Origin: the human T2T-CHM13v2.0 reference genome, Homo sapiens
Reading direction: 5' to 3' (one strand)
NCBI RefSeq assembly: GCF_009914755.1
Contig: NC_060940.1
Length of the DNA stretch: 64,000 bases
Position 1 is the first letter of the stretch; every line of letters starts with the position of its first letter. The translations under genes and the position numbers were made by a program. Positions 22,391 through 47,122 of the stretch are shown here, piece after piece. The notes under the pieces are model-generated. The model was given only the letters and a program-made list of their open reading frames with translations. It was not told the origin of the DNA and made no database searches.

Positions 22391-23667
22391 TGACCAGCTT
22401 TTCCTGCATACCAACAAGATATCACCAGCAGTGCTGGGCTTACATCCTATCAGCTTCCTAACTCCCAGTGGAGAGAGGGCATCTTTTTCACAGCAGCTCC
22501 AAGGTGAGTCTTGGGCACAAGATGAATCAAGTGCCCATCCCTGAGCCAATGAAAACAGGTTGCTTTGGTTGGGAAGCACAGGCCATGTGAATACGCCAGG
22601 TCCCCTCCTGAACCTCATGGAGTGCCTGTGAGGAGAGGTTGGTTCCCCAAAAGAAAATCCAATAAAGAGGCGACGGGACCAGGCACGGTGGCTCATGCCT
22701 GTAATTGCACCACTTTGGGAGGCTGAGGCAGGAGGATTGCTTGAGCCCAGGAGGTCGAGACCCACCTAGGCCACATAGTGAGATCCCGTCTCTACCAACA
22801 ATTTAAAAAATTAGCTAGGTGTGTTGGGCATGTGCCTCTGGTCCCAGGTACTCGGGAGGCTCTGAGGATGGATGGGAGGATCGCTTGAGCGTGGGAGGTT
22901 GAGGCTGCAGTGAGCTGTGATCGTGCCATTGCACCCCAGCCAGAGGGAGACCCTGTCTCAAAAAAAAAAAAAAAAAAAAAAAAGAGAGAGGCAATGGTAA
23001 GAGCTAAACCAGCAGGAACAAGAGAGGCAAAGGTCCCCCTTTTTTTTCTTTTAATTGAAACTGGGTCTCCCTCTGTCACCCAGGCTGGAGTGCAGTGGTG
23101 CAATCATAGCTCACTGTTAGCCTGGAACTCCTGGGCTCAAGCGAACCTCCCACTTCAGCCTCCTAAGCAGCTGAGAACACAGGCACATGCCACCACAGCT
23201 GGCTAATTTCATTTTTTTTTTTTTTAAGAGATGGGGTCTTGCTATGCTGCCCACACTGGTCTCAAACTCCTAGGCTCAAGTGATTCTCGCCGCTCCTGGG
23301 CAAATGCCCTCTGACATCCCTTATAAGGACACCCTTTGAAAAGGTTGTCCCCCTCTCAAACATGGAGAGCCTTGCCAGGGCCTTCCCCACTCACTGCTGT
23401 AACTAATTCTTATGCTGCATGGACATCTGCTTCCCAGAACCTCCACCCACCAGCCTTGCCCCTGACCTTTGTGGCAGCCCCAAGGCTGCCCACCCCTTCC
23501 CCTGCTGCAGCCCACTTGGCCTCTGAAAGCAGCACTGTCTGCCTGCACCTTGCCCTCTCCAGGGCCGTCAGGCTCGCCACCTTCAGGAGCCTAGTTTTCA
23601 GGTCCTTCACCAATGCCCTCGTCCTGTGGGTGGACATGAGGCCCTCCAGAGCTGAAGGCAGTGTGTG

Positions 23668-23801
23668 CTTCAGTTTCTGCATCTGTAAAATGGAGATAGT
23701 ATTTGCTACCCAGGGGTGCTATGAGGATTACATGAACATAGTATAGTGTCTAGAACAGTGCCCAGCACATAGTAGGCACTCAATAAAAGCCAGTTATTAT
23801 T
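23668..23801 (+). mobile_element. MIR SINE fragment
   Basis: CTTCAGTTTCTGCATCTGTAAAATGGAGATA...GAGGATTA...TAGAACAGTGCCCAGCACATAGTAGGCACTCAATAAA matches the MIR core and 3' end. Confidence 0.8.
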
Positions 23802-23912
23802 CCTGTCACTTCTGTGGGAGACGGCACATCAGAGTACCCACCTTATCTCGGTCTAGTCCCGTCCAGTCGCAGGCCTTTGAGTACAGTACAGCCCTAAGGT
23901 TTTTACAATTGA

Positions 23913-24496
<584 letters not shown>

Positions 24497-24866
24497 TAGC
24501 CAGGATGGTCTCCATCTCCTGACCTCGTGATCTGCCCGCCTTGGCCTCCCAAAGTGCTGGGATTACAGGCGTGAGGCACTGCGCCCGGCCAGAGCCTCAT
24601 AACTTTGTGAGGTGGGCAGTTCAAATCTTATTAATTCCCCATTTACCAATGACAAAATGAGGTTCAGAGAGATTAGCCCTCTTGGCCAAGATCGCACAGC
24701 CAGTCAGTGGCAGAGGTGGGACTTGAACCCGTCCCTTGCTGTTCCTTGAACTTCTCCACACGACAGGGCTGTCCCTCAGCCTACAGGTCACCCCTCTAGC
24801 CTTGCCTGTTGGCTCTTCCTAATCCTTTCAGGCCCAGCCCAGATACTTTTTAAACAAGAATGATGA

Positions 24867-25190
<324 letters not shown>

Positions 25191-25649
25191 TAAGCACCCG
25201 CCACTTTCTAGATGAGGTCCTTACTGACTTCCTTGGGTTATTTTAGGTAATCATCCCCATACCTCTTACGTGGCAGGTATGACTGTTACAGAGGGAGAAA
25301 CCGAGGCTGAGAAAGGCTAAGTAGCGGCCACACCTCACTCAGCAGGTGACAGGCTGCGGTCGCACTCATGACATAGTCTGACTCTAGAGCAGGCCTTTCC
25401 TGCCCGCTGTTGCTGCCTCCAGAAGCCTCTCTGAATCCAAGGGTGGGAACTATTCCTCCTTGCCCTCGAGCCTTCGCCAAAGCCAGGGCTTGGAGCGGCC
25501 GTGGGCTCCTCCTCCTTCCCCCAGGCTGGGCTCTTCAGGGGCGGAAACCTGCCTGGCTTGCCTGCCTTGCTCGACCCTGTAGCCCCTGGCACGAAGTAGG
25601 TGCCCGTGATGCCGGATTATTTCAGCAGGAGGGCAGGGGTGTTCCCGAT

Positions 25650-26650
25650 GAAGCCAGGAGATCCAGGGAGGAGAAGCGACTCCCGGGGCCACCCATGCTT
25701 AGATCTCAGAGCCAGGCAAGAGCCAGGTCCCGGGGGTCCAGGAGCGCGCTCGGGGCTCCTCCTCGCCCGCGCCCCCCGCGCCCCTCGCGCCCCCCGCGCC
25801 CCCCGCGCCCCCTGCGCTCGCGTCTGCGGGGCCGGGAGGAAGGGGCGGCGCAGCCGGGCCGGGGCGGGCACCGAGGCCTGGCGGGCGGGCCTGGGGCGCT
25901 TTCGTGCCTGCCAGGGAAAGGCTGGCGAGGAGGCTGGGGGCGGACGCAGGGAGGAAAGAAGCAATGGGGTGCTCTTGCGTTTTGACATTTTAAAAAGAAG
26001 TTTAGATTCGCTTCCCGGAGCCGGGATGGCAGCCTGCGCTATGGTTGGGGACCAACGTGGTGCACGGGCAGGGGCCGGGGAGAGAGGCGGCCGCAGCGGG
26101 AGCCCGGGAGCGCAGGGCGGGCCTGGAAGAGCTCCGCCCCAAGGGGCGCGGCCACCCCGGAGGCGGGCGCACGGCTGCTTCTCATTCATTGTCTTGACAA
26201 GAGCATCTTCAGCGGGCGAGTCCCCGGCTCCTCCAGCTCCTTCCTCCTCTTCCTCCTCCTCCTCCACCTCCGGCTTTTGGGGGATCACTGTCCTCTCTCG
26301 GCAGCAGGTGAGGCTGGGCCTGGGAGGCGCGGGTGGGCCGGGGCGAGGGCCACCTGTGGGGCGGCGCGCGCGTGGGAGCCGCGGGCTGCGGGGGCGCGCG
26401 GCTGTCACCGCGACCCAGCCAGCGCCGGGGCCAGGTAGCGGGCGCAGCAGCCCGTGGGGGGACGCTGCTTGGAGTGGGGGCCGCCGGGGCCCCAGAGCGC
26501 TCTGCGGAGGCGAGGGCTAGGGACCACCGCGGCCAAGATGGAGGTGGGTGGCCGGGGGTCAGCACAGTGTCGAGGGCCCGACTCCCCACGGAATTGAGTC
26601 TCGGGGAGGGTGGGGACGAGGGCAGGGTGGGGTGAGCGGGGCAGCTGCCC
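25650..26650 (+). promoter_or_regulatory. CORO1A: CpG-island promoter of CORO1A, including non-coding exon 1 (donor at 26307/26308)
   Basis: Very CpG-rich with GC boxes (GGGGCGGG, GGGCGGGCC). The (TCC)n-rich 5'UTR exon ends ...CGGCAGCAG|GTGAGG and can splice to CAG|AATGAGCCGG at 27791. Confidence 0.85.
25768..25812. repeat. 5 x 9-bp tandem repeat CGCGCCCCC (G-quadruplex-prone on - strand)
   Basis: Direct reading: five units, one with a C>T change at 25785. Confidence 0.9.
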
Positions 26651-27752
26651 TGGGCTTGGAGACAGGAAGGGGTTGAGAGCAAAACAAGAAAAGACCAAGT
26701 TCCCCTTTCCGTGGTTTCCGGGCCTGGTACCTGTGGTGGGGGAGGAGGCAGGGTGGGGCGATGGCTTCCTGTCCCCCACCTCTGGTCCGGGGCTCCCCTC
26801 TCTCCAGATACAGGCTGCTCCTCAAGACTGGGGCTCTTCACATACGCTCCTCACCGCTCTTTGGGCAGGCCGACCTAGCAGCCTCTTCGGGAGTCCTGGG
26901 GTGGCCGGGGGTGCTGGAGCCCCCAGTGAGTAGGCGAGGCTGAGGCTAGAGGCAGAGGCTCTGGGCATGGCACCCTCCAAGCGGCAGCACAGGCCCCTTC
27001 CCTGAGCAGGAAGGTGATGCGGTGGCACAAGGTCGCCCCTGGAGTTCCTTGCTCCCCACCCAGACACTGGGGGAAACCATCCTACCTGGACCTCAGAGCA
27101 GTCGGAGTGGCCTCTCCCTTCCTGTGTGCAGTTTACATGGGGGTGGAGATGGCTCTTAAGGGCACCTGCTTTTCTGAGCGGAGGCGAGAGGCAGAGGTAT
27201 GGGGAGGAGGAGATACCTGGACCTGAGCCAGAGACCTGCTGGGGAAGCTATCCTGCCGCCTCACTCCCCTCAGGCAGCCCCCACGCCACTTCCTCCTGTG
27301 TCCAGCCCCATGCCAGCAGGCGAGGGAGGCCAGCTCCTGTCCCTGCCTTTAGGAAGCGCTGTGTGGGTGTGAGGGAGGTGGGCTCTGGACACGGTAACTA
27401 AGAGAGAACCCACCCTCGGAGCCATCTGGGCTGATGACGCCTGAGTCTGAACCATTAGGAAGGACGGGCTCTGCATCCATCAGCCAGTCAGTCAACAAAC
27501 ATGCAGTGGGGCAACACCACGCCAGGCTCTGTTGCAGAGGCTGAGGGTACAGATTGAGAGGGTGGCTCAGAGTGGCCTGGGGCCAGGGAGAAGGGGGCTT
27601 GCAGGTTAGAGGGAAGGAGAGGCTGGGGAAGGCAAGCAGGCATCAGCCACAGAGGGAAGAATAGGGAGCCCCTGGAGATGATGCTGGGACCTTAAAAGCC
27701 AGACTGAGGGGTGTCCTGGGGGAGGTGGGGACCACTGGAAGATCAGAGTTGA

Positions 27753-31546
<3,794 letters not shown>

Positions 31547-31633
31547 AGCCCCGCAGGGCCTCCAGCAGGGTCAGCCATTCACACCCATCCACTCACCTCC
31601 CATTCCCAGCCACATGGCAGAGAAAAAAATCAT

Positions 31634-31639
31634 AATAAA
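31634..31639 (+). terminator. CORO1A: CORO1A polyadenylation signal AATAAA
   Basis: AATAAA about 90 nt downstream of the stop codon. Confidence 0.85.
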
Positions 31640-32663
31640 ATGGCTTTATTTTCTGGTACCTCCCAGACTCTGATGACTGGTCCCCTAGACACGCAGTTTG
31701 CTGAACCAACCAGCCCTAGAGCTTCCCCTCCACCGCGCTGAGGGGACTGACCCATGGCAGGGGATGTGGGATGCCCCCTGACTTACTACATCACAGGAAC
31801 AGGGCCTTCGTGGGTAGAAACCAGCCATGCTGATGTGGGCCAGGAGGCTGCTCTCCGTTTCCGAGCTCCTTCTCAGAGCTGACACAGCTGAACTATTTAA
31901 GGCCCTAGCTTAGAACCTCAATAATTCCCAAATTTACCAAAAATCTGCCTTTCCTAGTCAACCAAAACATCACGTTGCACGTGACTCTGCTGGCACTGTT
32001 GCTTGTGAGGAAATGAACCAACCATCACTTACAGGGTAGGCATCTTTTAAACTGCAGGTCCAAAGATAAAAATAACGAGGGAGGCTGGGCATGGGGACTC
32101 ACGTCTATAATCCCAGCACTGTGGGAGGCTGAGGCGGCAGGATCATTTGAGCCCAGGAGTTTGAGACCTGCCTGAGCAACACGGCGAGATACCGTCTCTA
32201 CGAAAAATAAAATAAAAAATTAGCCAGGCATGGTGGTGGGCACCTATAGTTCCAGCTACTCAGGAGGCTGAGGCAGGAGGATCCCTTGAGCCCAGGAGGT
32301 CGAGGCTGCAATGAGCCATTGCACCACTGCACTGCAGCCTGGGTGACAGAGCAAGACACTGTCTCTAAAAAATATAAATAGGCCGGGTGTGGCAGCTCAC
32401 GCCTGTAATCCCAGCACTTTAGGAGGCCGAGGTGGGTGAATCACCTGAGGTCAGAAGTTCGAGACCAGCCTGGCCAACATGGTGAAACCCCATCTCTACT
32501 AAAAATACAAAAATTAGCTGGGCATGGTGGCAGGCGCCTGTAATCTCAGCTACTCAGGAGGCTGAGGCAAGAGAATTGCTTGAATCCGGGAGGCAAAGGT
32601 TGCAGTGAGCCGAGATCATGCCATTGTACTCCAGCCTGGGGGACAGGAGTGAGACTTCGTCTC

Positions 32664-32668
32664 AAAAA

Positions 32669-32713
<45 letters not shown>

Positions 32714-33045
32714 TGTATAAATACATCATATATATTTTAATATATAAATATATTATATATAATATATTTTAATATATAAATATTATATATATTATATTTT
32801 AATATATAAATATTATATATATTAATTATATATTTTAATATATAATATATATTATATTATATAATAATAAATTATATATTATATTATATAGTAATAAGTT
32901 ATATATTATACTATATAATAATATAGTATAATATATAATATATATTATAATATATATTATATTATATTATATTATATTATATATTATAATATAAATTATA
33001 TATATTTTATATATATGTTTTATATATTATATATTTTAATATATG
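32664..33045. repeat. AT-rich low-complexity tract: Alu A-tail, (TA)12, T9, then ~30-nt TATATTTTAATATATAAATATTATATA-like tandem units
   Basis: About 380 bp of almost exclusively A/T, read directly. Confidence 0.95.
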
Positions 33046-33738
33046 AAACAGGGGAACTTCTTCTAAGGAAAAGACAGAATTAAGGCAACAGGCTGATCCT
33101 AGTTTACCAGAGAAGAAACTGAGGCCGGGAGCAGGAGCCCAGCTCACTGAAGGGCAGATCCCAAGTCAGAGTCCAAGTCTCCCCACTTTTTTATTTATTT
33201 AATTTTTTCTGAGATGGAGTTTCATTCTTGTTGCCCAAATTGAGTACAATGGCACAATCTCGGCTCACCGCAACCTCTGCCTTCTGGGTTCAAGCCATTC
33301 TCGTGCCTCAGACTCCCAAGTAGCTGGGATTACAGGCATGTGCCACCACGTCCGGCTAACTTTTGTGTTTTCAGTAGAGGTGGGGTCTCACCATGTTGGC
33401 CAGACTGGTCTCAAACTCCTGGCCTCAAGTCATCTGCCTGCCTCAGCCTCCCAAAGTGCTGGGATTACAGGCATGAGCCGCTGTGCCTGGCCTTATGTCT
33501 CCCCTTTTGAATTCAGAGCCTTCCCCCGTGTAGTGAGTGCTTCTGCCTCTCTAGCCCTTCCTGTGGGTTCTGCCTGGGCCTGACCTCTGTGAGAGACCTG
33601 GCAGGAACAGGTCTGTCAGGCCTTGTGGGGAGTGGGTGTGGGAATAGGTTTTGATACCCAACTTAGCAGGTGATCCTGAGATGGGAGGACACAGGGCTGT
33701 TTGGGATGGGCGTCTTAGCCATAGTAAGGTTTGGTTCA

Positions 33739-34315
<577 letters not shown>

Positions 34316-34649
34316 TCAAAACAAACAAACAAACAAACAAAAAAACGCAGGAAAAGAGTGTGTGATGGCTGAAACTTGCAATTTCTCACTCTCAACGAGC
34401 CCTGGCCCCAACTAGGTTATTTGGGCTCCCTCCCTAGGTCTCAGGGACCTCTGTTCAAAGTCCTAGCAATCTGGGCCAGGTACAATGGCTCACGCCTAAA
34501 ATTCCAGCACTTTAGGAGACCAAGGCGGGCAGATCACTTGAGGCCAGGAGTTTGAGACTGGCCTGGCCAACATGGTGAAACCCTGTCTCTACTAAAAGTA
34601 CAAAAATTAGCCGGGCATGGTGGTGCACCCCTGTAATCCCAGCTACTCA

Positions 34650-34808
<159 letters not shown>

Positions 34809-35497
34809 TTATGAAGACTGATACAGGGGCATCACCTGCCCCAATTTTCTGACTCAGGTCAGCCTTATATTCCTACTCTAATCTCACCCCTATCCCCGTC
34901 CCACACCCACTATTCTTAAAACCTCCATGGTCCTCCGGGGGCAGCTGTAGACACATTAAGCCCAGGGCTATGGGGCCACTGGAACCTTCTCCAGTGGGTC
35001 TGAAAACATCAGCATTCCAGGAGTTGATGAGCCCCTACCTGGGCACCACTCCCTCTTGGGCCTGAGAAGGCCGGGGGGAACCTGCAAGGAATATGTGGAA
35101 TTCTATATGGTGCCTCTGATACTGCGGTAATGTCAGGGAGAGGTTTGTTCAACTGGTCAGGGCCCTGAAACCCCGATCACTTTCTCATCTCTGCATCTTG
35201 AAGGCTAGCAGAGAGGAGGAACCCTGAGCTCTCTAGGAGGTGGGTAGGTGGTGGCAGTACAGACTCCTAGATGTCTAAACGGAGTTGCAGAGAGAAGGCT
35301 TTCTCGGTAGACCCTGGAAGGGACTTTTACGGTAGAACTTTCATTTTACAAGCAGGGATAGAGGCCTAGATGGGGACAGAGACGTGTCCAAGGTAAAACA
35401 ATGGACGGAGGCAGGGCAGGGAGAGGCCAGGTCCTAGACTCGGCCTCAGCACCCCTCCCACACACACATCGACACAGAAGCTGGTCCAGATTTATAA

Positions 35498-35503
35498 TTT
35501 AAT
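35498..35503 (-). terminator. BOLA2B: BOLA2B polyadenylation signal ATTAAA
   Basis: TTTAAT on + strand, about 22 nt beyond the stop codon on the - strand. Confidence 0.7.
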
Positions 35504-35524
35504 GGCTGTGCAGATCCCAGTCCC

Positions 35525-36145
35525 TCATTTCTGTCGCTCACGTGCCCACTGGTCTGGGGTCAGGGTTTTCTGTTCAAAGGCATGGATGTGCGGGAGCTCT
35601 TCTGCTAGGCACGCGTTCACCAGCCTGGGGCGAGAGATGGGGTTAGGAAAAGGCCAGCGGTGATCGCACACCCCGAGGCTAGGGTGACCCAAGAGACTGG
35701 TGTCCCCAAGGTTGTAGTCCCCAGGCCGTGGGAACACGTACTTGGAGAGAGGGTCTACATCGAAATACTCGAAGCAGGGGTCACGAAGGCGGGATCCTCA
35801 AGGTCCCTGAGCCACGCCAGGGGGAGTGCGGGAGTCAGGTTGCAGGGGTAGGGGGAGTGGCTGGGGTTGTGGTACAGGAGCTAGGCAAGGTGCTCCCAGG
35901 GCCTTACCTGTGTCTCTGAAGCAGCGGTTTCCCCTCGAACTTGGCCGACACCACCAGGACTCGGAAGCTACAGGAGCAACGGTTGAGGGTCGTGTCCTCC
36001 ACCTCCTACCGAGCGGAAGAATATGAATGGTGCCGAACCCGCCCCCCGAGCTCTTTTCCCCTTGTCCGGCGGCTCAACTCACCACATGCTCCGCCTCCAG
36101 GTCCCGCTGCAGCTTCTCGCGGAGGTATTCGGCGCTGAGTTCCAT
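35525..36145 (-). CDS. BOLA2B: BolA-like protein 2 (Fe-S cluster chaperone partner of GLRX3), 86 aa, 3 exons
   Basis: Exons (-) 36145-36083, 36005-35908, 35624-35525, total 261 nt, GT-AG introns. MELSAEYLREKLQRDLEAEHV/EVEDTTLNRCSCSFRVLVVSAKFEGKPLLQRHR/LVNACLAEELPHIHAFEQKTLTPDQWARERQK*. The B paralog is assigned only from adjacency to full-length CORO1A. Confidence 0.96.
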
Positions 36146-36634
36146 GGCGGCAGTCCAGCTGGAACGGCAGCCCAGCAGGGACACAACCCCAGCTCGGGCG
36201 CCGGCCACGCTACCTTGCTGCCTTACAGGAGCCACTTCCGCTGGAAAACTCACTTCCGCCCTTACTAAGGCGTACGTCAACGCAGTACTTCCGCCCTCAA
36301 GCAGCCGGGCTTTCCAGCGGTCCAGGCTTTTCGCGCTTGCCATGTGTCAGCCAATCAGAGCCTGAGGAAGGTGGGACTCGGGCGGAGCCGATGCTGAATG
36401 GTACGCGCTCGCCGACTGGACAGCAGTCTGGCTTCCGCGGTCGGACTTCTACACCCGCCTCCAGACAGGAGAGGGGCACGTACCGGCGCTACGGCTTCCT
36501 GCAGGCTGCCTCCGGATAGTCCCCGAGAGCTTGTTCCGAAGCAAGCACCCTGCAGCCCTAGCGATCCAGCCCTCCCCTGGACCCTAGGTCACGGCAATCA
36601 ACCCCCTGCTGTGGTTCCCGAACCCCAAGGCCCG
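36146..36634. promoter_or_regulatory. Bidirectional CpG-island promoter shared by BOLA2B and SLX1A
   Basis: Divergent ATGs 490 bp apart. Three ACTTCCG ETS/GABP cores (36234, 36252, 36287), TTTCGCGC E2F motif (36329-36336) and CCAAT (36351-36355). Confidence 0.85.
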
Positions 36635-40018
<3,384 letters not shown>

Positions 40019-41170
40019 TCCTCAGTGTCCTTACCCCCTCCTACCTCTTTTCTGTGCCACCTGCTGTGGGTCCAGCAGGTTTTTACTTGAGTACAATAAA
40101 AAGTCTGAGTCAAGGGTGCCTTATGGTGGATGCTGAGGGGAGGGGCGGAGCTAGTAGCCCAAGGTCCTGCCAGTCACGGGGCTTCCTCAGGGGCACAGAG
40201 GAGGCAGGAGGGGCCCCTGGCCCTAGCACGTGAACAGCTTCTACTCTGCCTGGAAACCCCATGCCTCAGCTTTCCCCTACTTGCCTCTGAGCTCATGCAA
40301 TTCTTGGAAGCCTGGGAGACTTACCTTGAAATTGAATGCAAATAGGACAAAGACCAAGGAGGATGGGGGGATGCCCTCCTTCCACGGGGCCCTGTGGCTT
40401 CCAAGTCTTAATCTCCTCTAGTCTCTTGTCTACGGAGCCTCCTTCAAACCCAGGGAAAGAAAAGCACCTGCCAGGGTTGTTTTTCTTCTAGGATCTTCTA
40501 TTGATGTTCTGTGAGGTCCCCCAGGAGCCATGAAGCTAGGGCTGGCTCCTAGGGCAATGGGACTACAGTGTCCTTGTCCTTTCTTATTCTTTCTGTTCTT
40601 TCTTTCTTTCTTTTTTTTTTTTTTTTTTTTTTTTTTTGAGACAGAGTCTCACTCTGTTGCCCAGGCTGGAGTGCAGTGGTGTGATCTGGGCTCACTGAAA
40701 CCTCCGCCTCCTGGGTTCAAGTGATTCTCTTGCCTCAGCCTCCTGAGTAGCTAGGATTACAGGTGCCCGCCATCATGCCCAGCTAATTTTTGTATTTTTA
40801 GTAGAGACAGGGTTTCACCATGTTGGCCAGCTTGGTCTCGAACTCCTGACCTCAGGTGATCCTGCTGCATCGACCTCCCAAAGTACTGGGATTACAGGCG
40901 TGAGCCACCACGCTCAGCCTCTTTCTTGTTCTATATGTCCATGCTCTGCTCCACTTCTGCCCCTTCACTCTGCCCCCACACATCACTCCAGACTGGCCTT
41001 GTGGTCAGAGCCTGGAATGCCTGGGCTGCTGGGGGCCTGTGGACTGCACTGGGCCAGAACCCCTGCCGCCTTCAAGACTGGCCTGTAGCCAGCAGGTAGG
41101 TGACTTTTCCCAGGCCGGCCTATCCCACCTTTCCCCTCCACTCACTCACCTCCCTTGCCTGGGTCAATTA

Positions 41171-41548
<378 letters not shown>

Positions 41549-41639
41549 CTAGTGACAGCTCAAAAAAAAAAAAACCCAAATACCAATGTTGGCCCCTTTT
41601 GCCTTTCATTCATGTGTTTTCTATACACTAAACTCACAT

Positions 41640-41881
41640 ATTGGGTTTGCAGATCACTCCAAGCTTGGCTGGAGCTGTGGTGGTAAGGAGGGTAATAGAG
41701 AAGCTTCCCCACCCTCAACCCCACCCCTTCCTTCCTGGAGTTCCCAGCCCTGACTTTAGATCCCTCCCACACTGGACCTTCAAAACCCTCAGGGCAGAGA
41801 GCAGCCCTACACTCCCTACACCACACCCATACTCAGCCCCTGCAGGCAAGGAGAGAACAGGTCAGGTTCCCGAGAGCTCAG
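41640..41881 (+). promoter_or_regulatory. SULT1A3: SULT1A3 promoter and non-coding 5'UTR exon (donor 41881/41882)
   Basis: ...GAGAGCTCAG|GTGAGT donor; splicing to CAG|GAACATG at 43279 gives the GAGCTCAGGAACATG leader typical of SULT1A mRNAs. Upstream CCCCACCCCTTCCTTCC Sp1/ETS-like cluster. TSS not determined. Confidence 0.7.
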
Positions 41882-43273
41882 GTGAGTGACACGTTGGAAT
41901 GGCCCAGGGCACCTTCACCCTGCTCAGCTTGTGGCTCCAACATTCTAGAAGCCGAGGCCTCTGCCATCCCTGCCCTTTCCCATGGATATTCCATTTCAAT
42001 TAGACAACCCAGCCTGGCCGGAATCCCCCTGCGTTCCTTCTTTTCCTTTGTGTATTTTTGAGACAGGGTGTTGCTCCGTCACCCAGGCTGGAGTGTAGTG
42101 GGATCCTGGCCCACTGCAGCCTCAAATTCCTAGGCTGAGGCAATCCTGCCGCCTCAGCCTCCTGAGTAGCTGGGGTTACAAGAGCAAGCCACCACACCCA
42201 GCTAATTTTGAAAAATATTTTTTGTAGAGGAGAGGTCTTGCTTTGTTGTCCAGGTTGGTCTCAAACTCCAGGGCTCAAGGGATCCTTTCCCGTTGGCCTC
42301 CCAAGGCTCTGGGATTACAGGCGGGAGTCACCCTGCCTGGGCCCCTCCTTTTGATGAGTCATCAGTTTTCATTCCCGCACGAGGCTCTAGCCCCTGGTAC
42401 CAGCTTAGTTGCTCAATGGGCTGTGTTTGTTCTGGAGCCCAGATGGACTGTGGCCAGGCAAGTGGATCACAGACCTGGCCGGCCTGGGAGGTTTCCACAT
42501 GTGAGGGGCATGAGGGGGGCTCAAGGAGGGGAGCATCGGGGAGAGGAGCGCACTGGGTGGAGGCTGGGGGTCCCAGCAGGAAATGGTGAGACAAAGGGCG
42601 CTGGCTGGCAGGGAGACAGCACAGGCAGGCCCTAGAGCTTCCTCAGCACAGCTGGACTCTCCTGGAGACCTTCACACACCCTGATATCTGGGCCCCGCGC
42701 TACGAGGGTGCTTTCACTGGTCTGCACTATGCCCCAGGCCCTGGGATTTTGAACAGCTCTGCAGGTGACTGAAAGGTGCGGCCAGGCTGGGGAACGACCT
42801 GGTTTCAGCCCCAGCCCCGCCACTGACTGACTTTGTGAGTGCGGGCAAGTCACTCAGCCTCCCTAGGCCTCAGTGACTTCCCTGAAAGCAAAAACTCTGC
42901 AAAGGGGCAGCTGGGTGCTGGCTCACACCTGTAATCCCAGCACTTTGGGAGGCTGAGGTAGACAAATCACTTGAGGCCAGGAGTTCTAGACCAGCCTGGC
43001 CAACATGGTGAAACCCCATCTCTACTAAAGAAAAAAAAAAATTAGCTGAGCATGGTTGTACATGCTTGTAATCCCAGCTACTTGGGATGCCGAGGCGGGA
43101 GGATTGCTTGAACCCAAGAGGTGGAGTTTGCAGTGAGCTGAGATTGTGCCACACTGCACTCCAGCTTGGGTGAGAGTGAGACTCCATCTCAAAAAAAAAA
43201 AAAAAAAAGAGAGAATCCCACTTTCTTGCTGTTGTGATGGTGGTAAGGGAACGGGCCTGGCTCTGGCCCCTGA

Positions 43274-46537
<3,264 letters not shown>

Positions 46538-47122
46538 TAAAGTATGATTTTTGAGTCAGGCACAGTGGCTCATGTCTGCAATCCCAGCGATTTGGGAGGT
46601 TGAGCTGGTAGGATCACAATAGGCCACGAATTTGAGACCAGCCTGGTAAAATAGTGAGACCTCATCTCTACAAAGATGTAAAAAAATTAGCCACATGTGC
46701 TGGCACTTACCTGTAGTCCCAGCTACTTGGGAAGCAGAGGCTGGAGGATCATTTCAGCCCAGGAGGTTGTGGATACAGTGAGTTATGACATGCCCATTCA
46801 CTACAGCCTGGATGACAAGCAAGACCCTCCCTCCAAAGAAAATAAAGCTCAATTAAAATAAAATATGATTTGTGTTCATGTAGAGCCTGTATTGGAAAGG
46901 AAGAGAAACTCTGAGCTGAAAGAGTGAATGCCCGGTGGGGCCACATATGGTCACCTCTCCCCCAGCCTTCAGCTCCCCAGGTCACCATATCTGGGGAGGG
47001 GAGAAGGGTTTGGAGAAGTAAAACCCAGGAGATGTGTGGAGGGGGGATGTCTGTTTAATCCCAGCACATCCTCTGCTGTCCTGCCCCAAGATGGTGGAGG
47101 ACGTCGAGTCCGCCGGGCAGCG

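Noticed and set aside
25410-26841. 191-306 aa ORFs on both strands across the CORO1A promoter (including a poly-Glu/poly-Ser stretch)
   Set aside because: CpG-island composition. The homopolymer comes from the (TCC)n 5'UTR tract and there is no recognisable domain.
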